Source: Camelus dromedarius (taxonomy: Eukaryota). From it: a stretch of 64,000 nt of DNA. Of the stretch, positions 23,701-38,200 are shown piece by piece. Each line of letters begins with the position of its first letter. Within the stretch, counting starts at the first letter, position 1. The position numbers and the translations under genes are program-made. Under the pieces are notes generated by a model that was not told where the DNA came from, made no database searches, and saw only the letters and a list, made by a program, of their open reading frames with translations. The stretch covers positions 52,950,001-53,014,000 of the forward strand of contig NC_087436.1 of assembly GCF_036321535.1 (NCBI RefSeq), read 5' to 3'.

Positions 23701-26700
23701 CAGTGTGCCCAGCAGCCCTGCCTATTTGTTGAAGCCACTTTAAATGAGGTATTATGTCTCTGTTGAGAGAACTCAAAACATACATGCTCTGTGTGATGGT
23801 TAAACCCACACACCTTAGATCAAAACAATTGTACATGTTAAGATATACAATTTTTTTTATTCTTCAGCTAAAATAAATGTCTGGCAAGAAGACTTCAAAA
23901 AGATTTCCTTTGTAAATCAGCTTACCAAAAACAGTTCACCCTTTCTTGTGAATAATCAAATTGTACAGCTGAACATTCCGTTAAGTCTAGGATCCGAATT
24001 GGTTCTGGTGACTTAAAAAAAAAAATGGCAAACTATGTCATCATAGAAACACACACACAAATCTGTTCATCATTCATTCTCCTAACAAGTCTTTCACTAT
24101 GAGTGACTATCAACTTCCACTATGGGGACCAAAAATAGAAAACCTTCCTAAGGGATGTCACACACTTGTCTGGGGATTGGCTTTCCATGCAACTGGACCC
24201 TAGGAAGAGCCTTTCTTTGTCAATTTAAACTTGGTGGTGATGGATTTTTAACACATGGATGGAAGCCACACTTTTCTTCCTTGTTTTTAAACATCTACTT
24301 TTCCAGAAATTTTGTATAGGAAAAATGAGGGGAAAAATGAAATAATTTTAAATCTGCTTGATGAAATGGGCATGAGAAATGGACGTATTTTTAATAAAGG
24401 GTTAGAAGAGACAGTTAATACACTGAGGTAAGAGAACAATTCCGTTGCCCTAAACAGAGGGGTTGAGATGCCCTGGGGAACTACAGCTTAAACATCTGGA
24501 GAGAGCGGTTTCTGGGATATACATCCTGTCTTTGCAAAAGAACGAGGCTCACATCAGGAATCAAGAACTCACATCTCCAGGGTGTTTCATGTGCTCACAA
24601 GGGAAATTTCTGGGATCTTAAAGGCAGACATTCCTTTCACCTACAGAGCTGAGTTTTAAAGGGAAAGCGTATTACGTTTCTCACCATCTGGTCTTTGAAG
24701 TATTTCAGCTCATTCCTATGCAAAGTGAACCATCTTGTTTTCCAAGTCTGAGAGAAAAGAAATTAAAACATGTAGGTTTTGAATACAGGACTACAACATC
24801 TGAACTACATAATTTCCTTTTGTTGTAAAAGTATCTAAAAGATTAGCTATAATAAAATATTATTGTGGTGTTATTTCTGAGAAAAAGTTTCAAAATTAAA
24901 CTTAAAATTTTTAAATTTCAAGAATTAAAATGATTCCATGCCTTAAGCTCATAACAAAGGCAAAGATAACTTTAACATTTTTAAACAAGTAAAAAGAAAT
25001 AACCAATCATAAACATTCCAGGTGATTTATAACCACAAAAATTTCCATCTTAAAATCAAACTCTAAGGGAACTATATTCAATATCTTGTAAAATGAAAAA
25101 GAATATGAAAAAATATATATATATGTATACGTATGACTGAACTATTATGCTGCACACCAGAAATTAGCACAACACTGTAAACTGACTATATGTCAATTAA
25201 AAAAAAAACTCTATAATAAAAACAGATGTCATTTGTGAGCACCTACTGCAGGCTACATACTATTCTTGGAGGTCTGTGTATATTAGAGCCAATCTTCATA
25301 CAATGCCAACTATTATTATTCTTGTTTTACATATAAGTAAATTGAGGTTTAGGAACCTCAAACCACATGCTATTCTAAACCTTGTCTAAGAATTCCACAG
25401 CATTGGTGGAAAAACTGTTTCCTTCTCATGTACCAACAGAACACAAATCTTGTCCTGGGAGGCAATGTTCCCAGTTAAAAGAAGTAAGAGTGGAGTTGAA
25501 AACAAATATGCTATGAATATGAATATTTCTCCTTAGGGAGCATCCAGTTTAGTGGAGACACAAATAACTAAATATTTAGGTTGAATTCTAGCAGGCCAGT
25601 ACCCTTGAGAGGTTAAGCGCCTTGACTCTTAAAATGGAAAATAGCAGGCATAAACCACGAAGGTCTTTTTGGTACATGAAAATACAGCAAAGTAACTTTA
25701 AGGATATGGTCACATAAGTGGAGGACAGTTGGCTACCCCCAACTAGTAAAGTCCTAAGTTTTGTTTTCCTGGGGATTTTATCATATAGTTACATAACTGC
25801 CTGTGATGTTTTTCTAGCCTTCTTTTAGGTAGACATTTCATACAATTTTGACTTTTTTGTTGAGAAATCTTAAACATCCAAGAAATGTGCTAGACTTAAC
25901 TTACCTTCACCCTCAATCATTCCATTCAAAGGGTTGTGTGTTTTCTTTCTACTCTTAGCCATTTGGCTTTGCCAAAGAATAGTCAAGTGATTTTTCAGAA
26001 TTTTGACGAATATTAGCCATAAAGATGAACTCTTGAAACATGTCAATATTGTAACTGAGTCAGAATGAGTAGGCAGATGTGCATTTTAAAAAGTAAACAT
26101 GAGGGCTGAGTCTACATGACACTCTCTCTTTGTGTCAGGTGTTGGCAGAAACACACCCCCTTACCTTCACCAGGCCGCCTTGTTTGGTGAGGTAACCTTC
26201 TTTGGTGCCCAGCTGGAAAAAGAAAGGAACATCCAGGTGAAGCCAGGCGTATCGCAACATGATTTAGGCCTTCCCAGTTCTGTCCTAGTTTAAAGTGAAA
26301 CTCAAGTTTGCCTCTGATCTCAAGTGATCGTCTTTCATTCTTCATCCAGGCACTTGAAAATCCTCCCTATGCTGTGAGAGACTGTTTTTAGACTGGATTG
26401 TCAAGCATAATTCTGTAGCGACAGGCAACAGGCGAAAGACGCTCTTCTAACTCCAGTGAGCAGTTTGCCAACAACCAGCCAGATCACACCACTCGTGGAA
26501 GTCGGCATTGGGCAGAGTGTGTCAGGTCATCCCAGCTGCTCAGGTTGTTGCCGGGGTATTATGCCCATAAACGTGCACACACTCACACTGACGTGGGCTC
26601 AGTTTATGGGAAAGTCTGGATTTAAGCAAAGAAGAGGGATTTCTGTACTTCCCTGAGTTTGTGTTAGCCTAATCTGCTTTGTGAATGTTTAAGAAGGAAC

Positions 26701-29700
26701 ATTAGAAATAGCATTTTCAAAATCATATAATTCTCCTTTAAACCACTCTATTTTTTCACAGACAATCTCTTGAGACCTATATTCCATGGAACAGACTTTT
26801 AGACTTCCAGGAATGCAGATTTGTTTACAATTGATTCATCCAAAAAGGATTTGAAGTGAAAATGAATCACTTCTTTTAACTTACTCATCATTAATTCAAG
26901 GGTAACAACAGTATTATACACTTAGCTGGCTCCTGTGAAATGTAAGGAATGGTGGAAAACTGTGTAAATGGAAATCTGCATAAAACCAGGACCCTCAAAT
27001 GAAAAAAAATTCTAAATTCGTACATTTCTGAAGAAACTGAATTTCCAGGATATTTTGTTCTAATATGATGTCAGTATATCTTACACTGATAAGGAGAAAA
27101 TGAATAAAAACTTGGAAATGACTCAGTTGATGTCAACGTTCTCTTCATGGGAGTTTCCAGGGTATTTTTTTCCTGAGATGAAGTCTCCCTACCAAATAAA
27201 AAGAGGAACAACCACCACCACAGTAGAAAGACGTAAAACTGGAAACAACATACAACCACTTCCTTTAAAACGCCCTTCTTACAGCATTGAAGTCAGGGTG
27301 AACTTCCCAGGTGTTCATGTAAATAATGTTAAATAATATTGGTGGATTTCAAATAATCAGTGTGATTTATTTTGATGTTAAAAGACATTGAACTGACTGG
27401 ATTGAGTTTGGGTATTATATCATGGAAACATAAAAAACTTGACATCTTGGATGGTTGAGTCTGCAGAGGCAAAATAAGGAAGGGTAAATGGCTTTGTAGA
27501 AGAGCTGATACAAGTGTTTACTGAAACTGCACTAAAGGATTATGCTACTCAATCTATCTTACCTCCATCTAAACAATATACTCTCCATCCAGTATCTCTC
27601 TAAGGTTTTAATAGGCAGAAGGTGGCAGAGGATAGAGCTGAGAACTGGTATTTTATTCATGGTTTCAGGAGGTAAGAAAGGAAATGACTATGTAGCAGAT
27701 TTATTTTTTAAAAAATCAATGATCTGTAATAAGAAAGCCATTTATAATAGTCCCAAATTGGAAACAACTTAAATATTTAAAAAATAAAGCATTAGCCTGA
27801 ATACCATGCTTTCTACCTGCTGGCCTTAAATTTAGTCAAAAGCTGTCAGGTGGGATGGAGCAGGGCAGGCATCAGTGTGGGTGTGTGCAGGGCGTTGGTG
27901 CACCTGAGTTCAGGGTGGAGTCCTAGCTGGGGACAGAGGGCATCTGTGGGGACGACGGTAGGGGCAGCAGCTTGGTACGAGGCATTGAAGCCTGGCAGGG
28001 TGAGGAGAGCTTCTGCTCAAAGAGAGGTGGGGGGGTGTCCAGTTTCAGAGCCGGGTCAGACTGGGTGGGCATCTGCGGTGGGGGAGGGAGTGGCTGTGGC
28101 CGGGCAGTGGTGCCCTGTCAATCGGAGACTGATTACATTGGACTGATCGACCAATAAGCGAGTGTGTTGAAGATAATGAGATCCATTCCTCACTGTGGGG
28201 AAAGGGAGTTATAACTACGAAAAGTGAAGAAATTAAAACGAGCCTTGTGGAACAGGACTAGGATTGGAGGTATGGGTGTGAACCCATGGATAGAAGATGA
28301 TAGAAATAGAAAGAAATATAGACATCAATATAAGTATGTGTACATATGTATAAGCATACACATTTTCCCAGCTCTGTCCTCAGAGTGGCCTGGGAGAGTG
28401 ACAACCTGCTAACAATGCATATGTAGCACCCAAACCTGGATTTCTAAAGTACTACTCTTAAGAAAAAAAATCAATGTCTTCGAGAAATAACTGATTGTAG
28501 ACCTGGATAAAAGTGCAAGGTAAGCCTGGGCCATTCTGCTATACCAGGAAGTGAGAACATTCTCAACGACTTATGAGGCTGTATGGACACAAAGGTCACA
28601 TGGAAATAGGGCTCAGTGGCCGAAACTGGGGAAACTTCCCAAGTCCAGATAAATGATGGTAATGATTGTAGCCCGCTGATATAAAAACAAATGACTGGAT
28701 AAACTGGAAGAACAGAAAGCTTTTCCTTACAGCAGAATGACAACCAATAAATGTAAAAGGAGTAACAGAATCACAGAATCACCACTTGGCAACAGTCACA
28801 GAAATAATTAAAGCCGCCAAGAAACATCAATGGATAAAACTGGTGCGTGAAAGGCTAATGTGGAACAGAATAGTTAGCCTCTAATAATCTCCCCCCCAAA
28901 TATCTATAATGACAAAGGGAGTAAGGTGACTTTAGAGGGAAGAAACCTGGCAGACACCGATTAATCAAGTGGTCAAACACACAGGGATGAGACAAACCGA
29001 AATTGTGTTCCACCCGAGAGGATGCAGTGAGACGGGCAAAGCGTCACTTTTGTGGTATTTCTATCAAAAACGCAAAACCTGAATCTAATCATGAGGCTAC
29101 ATCTGATAGACTACAGTTAAGGAACAGTTCACAAAATAACTGGCCTTTAATTGTCAGAAGTATCAAAGTCATGACATCAAGGAAAAACTGAGAAAGTGTC
29201 CCAGAGTGAAGAATACTCAAGGGGCTTGACGAATAAATGCAACTTGTGACTTTGGACTGGATCCTTTCACTCTAAAGGGCTTTACTGGGGAAACTGGTGA
29301 TGCCTAAATGAGACCTGTGGATGGGACCGCGGCACTGTATCAATGTTAATTTCCCAGTTAGAACGGCTCCCTGTGGTCCCACAGGTGGAAGCACTGGGGT
29401 GTTGGCACGATGCAGGCAGTTTACTGTCTAATGGTTCAGGAACAAAGACAGTTCTTTGTACTACTCTTTCAATTTTTCTGTACTTTTGAAATTATTGAAA
29501 ATTTTAAAAATAGCACCTAAAAACATAATGGAGAATTAACTACATAAATTATGATATATCCAAATAATGAAATATTAAAGAACTTGTTTTAATGATGTTC
29601 TAGAAGCCTATGTAATGACGTGGACGATGCTCACAATACATAATTAAATAAACAAGAGTACTATAACTCTATTAACAGTGCAGAGTGAGAGATGGCGCTA

Positions 29701-32700
29701 TAATGAAGCTGCTTAGTTAGTGTTGTCATGGTATCAATGACAATTCTATAAAGCTCCTTTTTATGCATCTTTCTATGTAAGCTGTCTCACCTTTGTTTTG
29801 AAATCCTTCCCATTAAGGAGAAAATATGACACTTGTTGAAAAGCTTATAAGAAAGCCCCTCCTTGGCCACCTTCCCTTTTTTCCCACCTTTAAACAACTA
29901 ATCTGGGTAATTAAGGTTGTGAGTTTTTATTTTTGTTTTTAATGAACATTGTCTTTTAGAATAGGATTGTGTGATAATGTCTAAATGGCAAAAACAAACC
30001 ATGATTTTGTGCAATTAACAAAATGTATATAGGGAAAGATAAATTGGGAGTTTGGGATTAGCAAGTACAAACTACTATATAAAACAGATAAACAAAAAGG
30101 TCCTACTGTATAGCACTAAACCATCCTGCAATAAACCATAATGGAAAAGAATATGAAAGGGAATATATATACATACAACTGAATCACTATTCTATACACC
30201 AGAAAATAACACAACGTTGTAAATTGACTATACTTCAATAAAACACACACAGGCACATCCTGAGGTTAACAGTTCTGCCTTCCCCCTGTTCTAACTCCCC
30301 ATTCTCATCCCCTCTCTCCAGTGTCAGCCACCACGGTCTCCCACCTGGTCGGCTGGCACAGCCTCCTTGCCTGACTGGTCTCCTTGCCTTCAATTTTGCT
30401 CCCACTTCATTTTCAACTGAGTAGCAAAAATGGTCTTTTTAAAAATTTAGAAACAAATTATGTTACTCAAAACTCTTATGCTTTTTTATCAACACGGAGA
30501 ACAAAAATAGATCCTTTGTCTTATCCTACAAGACCTTCCGTGTTGTGTAAGGAAAGTACAATTGGTGATTTGGATAACTCTCATTCTGTGTTGAGCCTCC
30601 ACGATCCCTGCCTGTTGGGGTCTCTCGTGTTTCTCCACGTATTTTAAGCAAGGCACCAACACCCCTTGGGTCCACACCAAAGTGTGTTTGTCTAGCCAAC
30701 AGCCTTAAAAGGCAGAAATAGTGCTCCCTCCAGAGAAAAAGGCAGAGAAGCAGAAGCCACGCACGTCTCTCGGCACCCAGGAGAGCGCGGCAGGCTGACT
30801 GGTCAGCTGGCAAAGGAGGGTTAAGGCTCAGACTCTTCACAGTCCTGGATGCCCACCAATGCCAGCAGTGTCCCCAGAGCATTGTGACAACTGTGACACC
30901 CAGAAACTTCCAAACGCTCAGCTGGGCACCCCTGCCCTTTGAGAACTCCACTGGCTACAGGATCTGACCCCTCATTACCTCAATACTCTCACCTCCCACC
31001 ACGTTCCTTCCTGCTCACTCCCTGCCAGACAATCTTCTTCCTAGTCCTTAAACCGCCTCAATTTAGTTCCCACTTTGGGGCTTTTGTCCTGTTCTCTCTG
31101 CCTGCAACACTTTTCCACATCCTGACATGAGTCGTTCCTTCCCTTCAGTGAAGCCTCTGGTCTAATGTCACCTCCTCAGAGAGGCCTTCCCTTCTCCAGC
31201 TTTTTCTTTTTATGACCTATTACTATCTGTGTTTACCTGATTCCATCAATTACTGTCTGTGATCCTTCGACTACAGCGTGAGCCCATTGAGGGCGGAGCC
31301 TTTGACTAGTTTACTCCCAAACCCTTAGTGCTTAAAACAGTCCTGGGTGCATTGTAGGCACTTTAAAAAAAAATTCTTTTTGTTAAATAAATGGATTAGC
31401 TAAATTTCACCCTATCTCAGGAGCCCAATCCTAGGTTGTTTATAAAATGCATAAATAGTAATTTCCCCAAATGCAGTTGCCAATGGATGGCAGACAGTTT
31501 TACAGAAGCATCTACATCTGGGGCAGTAGGACACCGATTTTCATTTTCACTTCAAGCAAGAAGTTCTTTTTCCTGTAAATAGGACTTCTCTTCCTCTACT
31601 GCCAGAGCTTGTGCAAGAACTGCATTCCCCAAAGAGAAAGCAGGTGTCTAGAAGCCCCAGAGCTCTCAGGTTACGGTGGAGGCTCAGTATCATCTAGGCG
31701 TTGGAAGTAACCAGTTAGGGCTGTGAATGCTTGTGCTCAGTAAGGGACAAGAGCATCTGAGTGGATCAGAACTGCTTCCCCAGCTGGCTGGTCCAGTTAT
31801 CAGTCATTCCTTAGTGGGAAATAGTGTGAGACCCTTGAGAATCCACTAAGAAACCTTTAGTTTTCTGTCTATGTCAGTGAACAATAAATGTCATGGACCT
31901 CTCATTAGACAGTGTGAATGTAGACGTTTTCAACCATTCACTCACCACTGTTTTAAAAACTCCATTATACAGAACCTTCTGTGTGTGGTCATATTTGGAT
32001 ACTTGGGTGGATGAATTTATCTGATACTTGGAGTGAGCAAAGAAGGAAGGCAATAAGGCTGGCAAAATTTGGTCTCCAGAGGTCTCTTTCTACCTAAGTA
32101 TGCTATGTGTCATGCTCACACCAACTCCACAAATTAGGTTTTATCTGCATTTTACTGTTGATAAAGGTCACACATAGTAAGGTATAGTTCAGTTAACCTT
32201 GAGTGGAGATCTTTATAGGAAGGTAACAGGAGAATGTAAACTTAAACTGAGAGTACAAATGAGAAAGATGTTGGAGTGACTGGCGGCAGGGAAAGGATGG
32301 TAAAGAGGTAGGTTAGGCAGAAAGAATATGGTCTCCTGGAAAACAAAGGATTGGTTAGAAGGTAGAGGATTTGTTCTTTGGTCTGTTCTGACTTGGAACT
32401 ATTGTCTTGCTTTCTAAAATTTCTCCAGTTCTGAGATCTAATGCTTCCTCTTCTAACTCTAACAAAGCTAAAATATCTTTCTCAACCAATTTCCAGGGTT
32501 TTTATTTTTGAGTAGACGTAGCATAGTAACAATGTAATATGTGCCCTGAACCTGGCTGCACTATTAAGCTAGAAAGGTGGCTATGATTCCCGTCCGGAGA
32601 AGAGTCAGGCGCCGGGGGAGGGCGGACACGCTCGGGGAGCCAGCCTCCAGCGCGATGATTCCAGGATGCAGGTGAGCAGAGGATGCTCGGAGCACAGCGG

Positions 32701-35189
32701 AGGGGCATTTTAGGGGAAGTTGGAGGGGTCCAGGAAGGCTTCCCGGAAGATACTGATCCCTGCCTCGAGTCTGGAAGGATGAGGGCACAGTAGTGGTGTC
32801 GGCTGCATTTCAGATGCGGGCACGAGCACAGCTGGTGAGAGACTCGGTTCCCCAGCGTGAGTGTGGGCGGAGCGTGAGGTGAGGCGGGAGAGGGGCAGGG
32901 TCCAGGGCGGCGGCGAAGACCCTCCGCGCGGCTGAAGGATGTTAAGCGGCGAGGTCACGTGGGAAATCTGCCTTTTAGGAGAGATGTCTCTAGTGGCAGG
33001 GTAGAAGTACCGCAGAGACAAAAGGTCATGCGTATTTTAATATAATTTGCAGACCTAGAACTAGTTCTTGAAATGTCACTTGGGCGTTGCCCTCTTTATC
33101 ATCTGCACACTTCCAGATGTCTCACACCGGAGTATGCGGAGAAAAAGAACAGAGGAGCCCTGGGCATAATGAAGGGAAGAGAGTGTGGAAAGGACACTTT
33201 GCCGGGTCGCAGCCCACAGAACAAAAATAAATGGACTCTGAGGAGAACAAGGAAAGTTCCAGGCGTCCTGAAACTGAGCAGTGGCGCACACATTGCAAAG
33301 ATGTGCAAGTGTCTTCTGTCTGTTCCCTTCATTCAGTGAAGGGAAAAATAAAAAGCCCTGGAAAAAAATAACATCCCGAGAGTTTATAGTCAAGATGGGG
33401 AATCTTTTTCTTCCATAGAAAGTTGAAATGTAAAAGAAACAATTTTTTCTCTTAATTTGAGAAACTTGTAGAATAACAGTTTAGCTAACTGTGTGAGCAT
33501 AAACATCTCTTGCTCCTTCTACCATGAACTTATTTGGTTAAGTAAGGGTTGGTATTTAAGTGCCATTTTTGAAGTCTTTAAAAATCTTATTGCATTGCAG
33601 CTTTTTACAGTTTACCCTGGACCAGGTGATCTGAGTCTCAACTTTGTGTTCCTTTGAACTTTGTGTTCCTTTCCAGGTTTTATATCCCAAGTTAGCATTT
33701 TTATGTGAACAAACGCACTTTAAAAAGTGTGTAACCCTCTTATTGCATGTTATCACTTTTAGATAGTGAAAGCGCTGTGGGCAGAGGGACGGCCACTTAC
33801 CGAAGGCGCAGTGGGCACCAGGTCGTTTTCTGTTCTTCCCGTCTGCATGGCTGTGTGAACCCGGACAGACTCATAAATGGAAGGTTCTTCCACTTTTCTT
33901 GGATACGGATGTTTCAGGACGATCAGAGTGCCTGAATGAAAATGAAAAAGCATAATCAAATAGAAGCCCCAGGAAGAAGCTCCAAATGCTAACAACTGGA
34001 TAACGGTGGCTAGATTGTGAAGTCTTTTGTTTTTCATTAATTTACTTAGTCATTTTCTCAACATTTATCAACTACAAACTATGTGCCAGGCACTTAAGCA
34101 GGATGCTAGAGATAAAAGCATGGGATGGTGTCTGGCCTCCTAGTGCTCAGACAGAGCTGGCCATGAATAGTCACTTAAGGGATCCTGGTGATGAGACCAG
34201 CAACAGTCACGTGAACCAAGCATGCTGGGCACCCGGAGGCCCTGACGAGCCCTTCTATTGAAGGTTTCAGAAACACTGCCCTAGGGGAGGTGACACCATT
34301 CCGGACCTTAAGCAATAATGAGATTTTCCAGGGAGGTTTTACAAAAGCCATGAAAACAGAACTAAGCAAATACACTGGGTATAGGAGGATTCATTCCACT
34401 GCCCCGTTTCTTACTAGTTTCAGAACAACTTGCAACAAATCAGTGGATCTCAAAAATAGGAGCTCATAGCATTTGCTGTGCTGTCTCCTGCCAACCAGTT
34501 AACAGCTGAAGGAAATGAAGCCTTTGCTTTTCTCTGGAAGTGAACAGACTGGGGCTCCCATGTCATTACCTTCACTTCCAGCTGGAGGCCGGAGGTTGGG
34601 GGGAGCAGGCAGGGCCCAGGTGCTGGGGACTTGGGTGCATCATTCGGAGGACTGAGAGTGCCTCTGACTCAACGCTCTGACATTACCCCTTCTGCATCCG
34701 TCCCTTCTCCTGACACTTCCTCCAAGTCATAAACTAGAAACTGGCTACAAAAAAGTGAGTTAAGGGTTTTCTCCCCCTTGCTATGGCTTCTTGCATTTTT
34801 ATTTCACTAGGATCTTTTCTATGGCAGGCTGGGGATTGTGCCATACACTAGGGGAGATGTAAAGAATTCAGTAATTCATTCAACAAATATTTACTGGGCT
34901 CCGCTAAGTGCTGGGCCCTTGTCTAGGCACTGGGGACACATCAGCAGACAAAGGAGACAGGGGAGATAGAACAATTTTTGAAAAAAAATGTAATGTGAGA
35001 GAATTGTCATGAAAACCCTAACAGAGCAAGGTAAAGGAACAGAGAGTGAGAAGAGTCGGGTCAGGAGAGGGTGGTATTTTATACAGGGTCAAGGAAGGCT
35101 TCTTTGACAAGGGGATGAAGAGATCATAGAAAGTATGAACCTTAGACTGGAGTAAGAGAGGGACAAGGAGGAAAGAAAAGAAACCTCTG

Positions 35190-35229
<40 letters not shown>

Positions 35230-38200
35230 AATAATAATGAGAAACCTATGAACAAGGCGAAACCTTTCTATGAGGCTTGAGCACACACAACGTACTGATA
35301 CCTGGGCCCAGGTAGTGCCCTGCGGCAAAGTGAAAAGGAGCATTGAAAACGGCCAAAAGAGGGGCTCTGATCTCGGCCCCCCGGAAAACAGTGGCCTCCT
35401 CCTCCTTTCTCTGCACCCAGTTCACCGCAGGAGCTTTGGGATACAATGAAAAATGGCTTTGCAGTTATCAGAAGCCCCAGTCTTGCTCTCACGCATTGTC
35501 TGTGCTCTCTCCTGTCAATGCGATCCTTTCACGAGAGCAGATCCAGTCATAGCAAGACAAGGGGCCGGTTACCGTTTTACAGTCATAATGAAAAAGCAGC
35601 AGCACCTAAATCAGGAGCAGCCGTTGTGCAGGCTCAGGGGCTGCAAGGGCACAGCTGCGACATGGCAGGGGTTTGATGAACTTGGGGGTGGCTTCTGAGT
35701 GACCTACCCCGGAGAAACACCTCCTGGCGGTCACCGTGGCATCGTGGAAAGAGCCATCACGGCCACTCAGCACCTGCTGACTTCGGACATTCTCTTCTAA
35801 GCTTCTGTTTCCTCCTCTGACAAGTGAGAATGATTACTCTTTCTTCATGAAGCAGTTTAGTGCTAAAACTAATAAAGTGTTTGTGAAAGGATTATAAAAA
35901 TGTTAGATGTTATCGTGCCTTGATATGAGTATTTTTAAATCCTTAAGTGAAATCCCAATGATTGCCATCTTTGGGAATGTGGATTTTGAAATGTGAAGTT
36001 AAACAAGACTTATTTGTAACGCTGTACTCAGGGTAGACATGGCAGTAGTCTAGTAGTCACTGACCACAGCGCTGGGACAAACTGAGGACTCTTCAACACT
36101 CCCATCTGACAGTGGAGAAGAGGGAGCCTGGAGCCAGGGCTCAAAGCAGCTCACAAATTAGAAAAAATGTGAAATCTTGTGCTTCATCTTCAAAGTCAAT
36201 GCTAAATTGTCATCCTATTTCAAGTGATGTTCTAAAAAGATACACCCAGTCAGTCGTCTATCTCTTTGCATAGAACCAGGCATATCCTGGGTATATGTCC
36301 ACCTGCACTAGCTTCCTATTGCTGCTGTGACAAATCGTCACAAGTGCAGTGACTTAAAATAACTCCAATTTATTATCTGGCAGTTCTGGCAGTCAGAAGC
36401 CTGAAATCTAAAGTGAATGTAAAGTGAAGGTGTTGGCAGGGCTGGTTCCTTCTGGAGGGTCCAGGGGTCAGAGCTAGCAACTGCAGGTCAAGTCCTTCTT
36501 ATGCCTCTGTCTCTCCAGTTCCCCCTCTTCTGTCTCCGTCCTTCCCTTGTGATTAAAATGGGTACACCTGGACAAGCCAGGCTAAACTCCACTTCTTAAA
36601 GTCAGCTAATTAGTGTTTTAATTCTATCTGCAAACTTAATTCCCTCTTGCCGTGTAACATAACATTCTTATTTCTGGGGAAAGCTGTGAGCACCATTTGC
36701 GGGCTGGGGAGGCCATCATCCTGCTTCCCATGGTGTCAGTTTCTGGGAGGTGAGCATAGCCAGAGGGGCCAGTTGTGGCGCAGTGTAAGGACCTCTGGGC
36801 CAGGGCTACTGCCTGAGCCTGCAGTGCTGTAACCACTTGATATTATAAAGCTGTTACCTTTCTAACACGTGCATTTCCAAGCCCCCTGAGTCCCTTCAGA
36901 CCGGGTCTGGTGCCAGATGTATCTCTGTATCCTTACCTCCTGATAGAGTTTCTGACGTAGTGAAGGCTTGATGGATGAATGAATGAATGAATGTTACAGT
37001 AATTCAGGTTTAAGGCAGTTAAGAGCCTGAGATGAACCAGCCTCCCAGGTCCACAGTCACCCCAGCCTGGGGCAAGGACAGGATAGGACAGAAGCTTCAA
37101 GTTGGGCTCTCCCAATCTCCACTGGGGGGGCCCTAATTCTATTTTGAAAACCTCTTCTATAGTTCAGCCAACAAATAGATTGACTAAGGTAAATAATACT
37201 GAGTCAACCAGGAAAGCAGAATTGACTATAGATTGAGTTTAACTAGCAAGACCATGACTGAAGCTAGATTGAATGGGGGAATGGAGAAAATGATGAACTA
37301 CTTATAAAATGATAACTTCTGCTGATAAAAATCTGGCTTCCTGAGAGACAGGTCTCCTTAGCCCACCATTCTGCCCAAGGAAGGGCCAGTACATGGACTT
37401 CAGGTCATGGCTGCCAGGCTTACAATGATCTCCCCTTTTGTAGAGACCGTCCCATCCCCTCACACAGAGGTAGACCCCCTGCAGATCCTGGCCCTCCCCC
37501 ACATACGCCTAACCTGGACACTCTCACTGGGCTGATTCAGAGATCTGCTCAGTTACTTCTCTGGAGAGAAGGTCCACTAACTTCAATGTCTGAGTTCATG
37601 AAGGAGACTGTTGTTTCCTGCCTTTGACATGAAAGCTGGTTTCATAAACGCTCAGTGGAGGTACATTTTTGAGATGATCAGAGGAGGACAAAAGCAGGCA
37701 TTTCAATTTGCTGAGAGCTTCAGAGCTGCCACGAACGCTGGGCTGATTCCTTACTGTCTCTTGTTTGTCTTGCCCTTAAATTCTGAGCGGGAATATAAAT
37801 ATCCTTCCAAAAAACACCACTTCTCTCCCTGTACTCCTATTTTTTTTTTTAATTCAGCTAGCCAGAATTCGTTTCTATCATTTGCAATCAAAAGAAATTT
37901 ATCTGCTGTAGCCACCACAGATTCATTGTAAGTTCCACCGAAGTTTCAAGACAGTGCGTTGGCTCCGTAAGACAGGAAAGCTGGGTTAGTGCTACTCAGA
38001 CCAAATTAACTCCAGGATTTGGTGGGAAGATTCAGATAAAAGGCAACAGGAGGCAGGGGCTGGAAGAGGAAGAAGAGAGAAAGATCTTCAACCACAGTTT
38101 GGAACCCTGACTGTAAGTTTCACTTCAGTTTCTGAACTACATGAAGGGGGCTGTTGTTTCCTGCCTTTGACCTGAAACCTGGTATCAGAAATGCTGGGGG

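Noticed and set aside
30526..30951. 141-aa ORF, the longest in the track
   Set aside because: Runs through L2-flanked intronic DNA with no recognisable domain.
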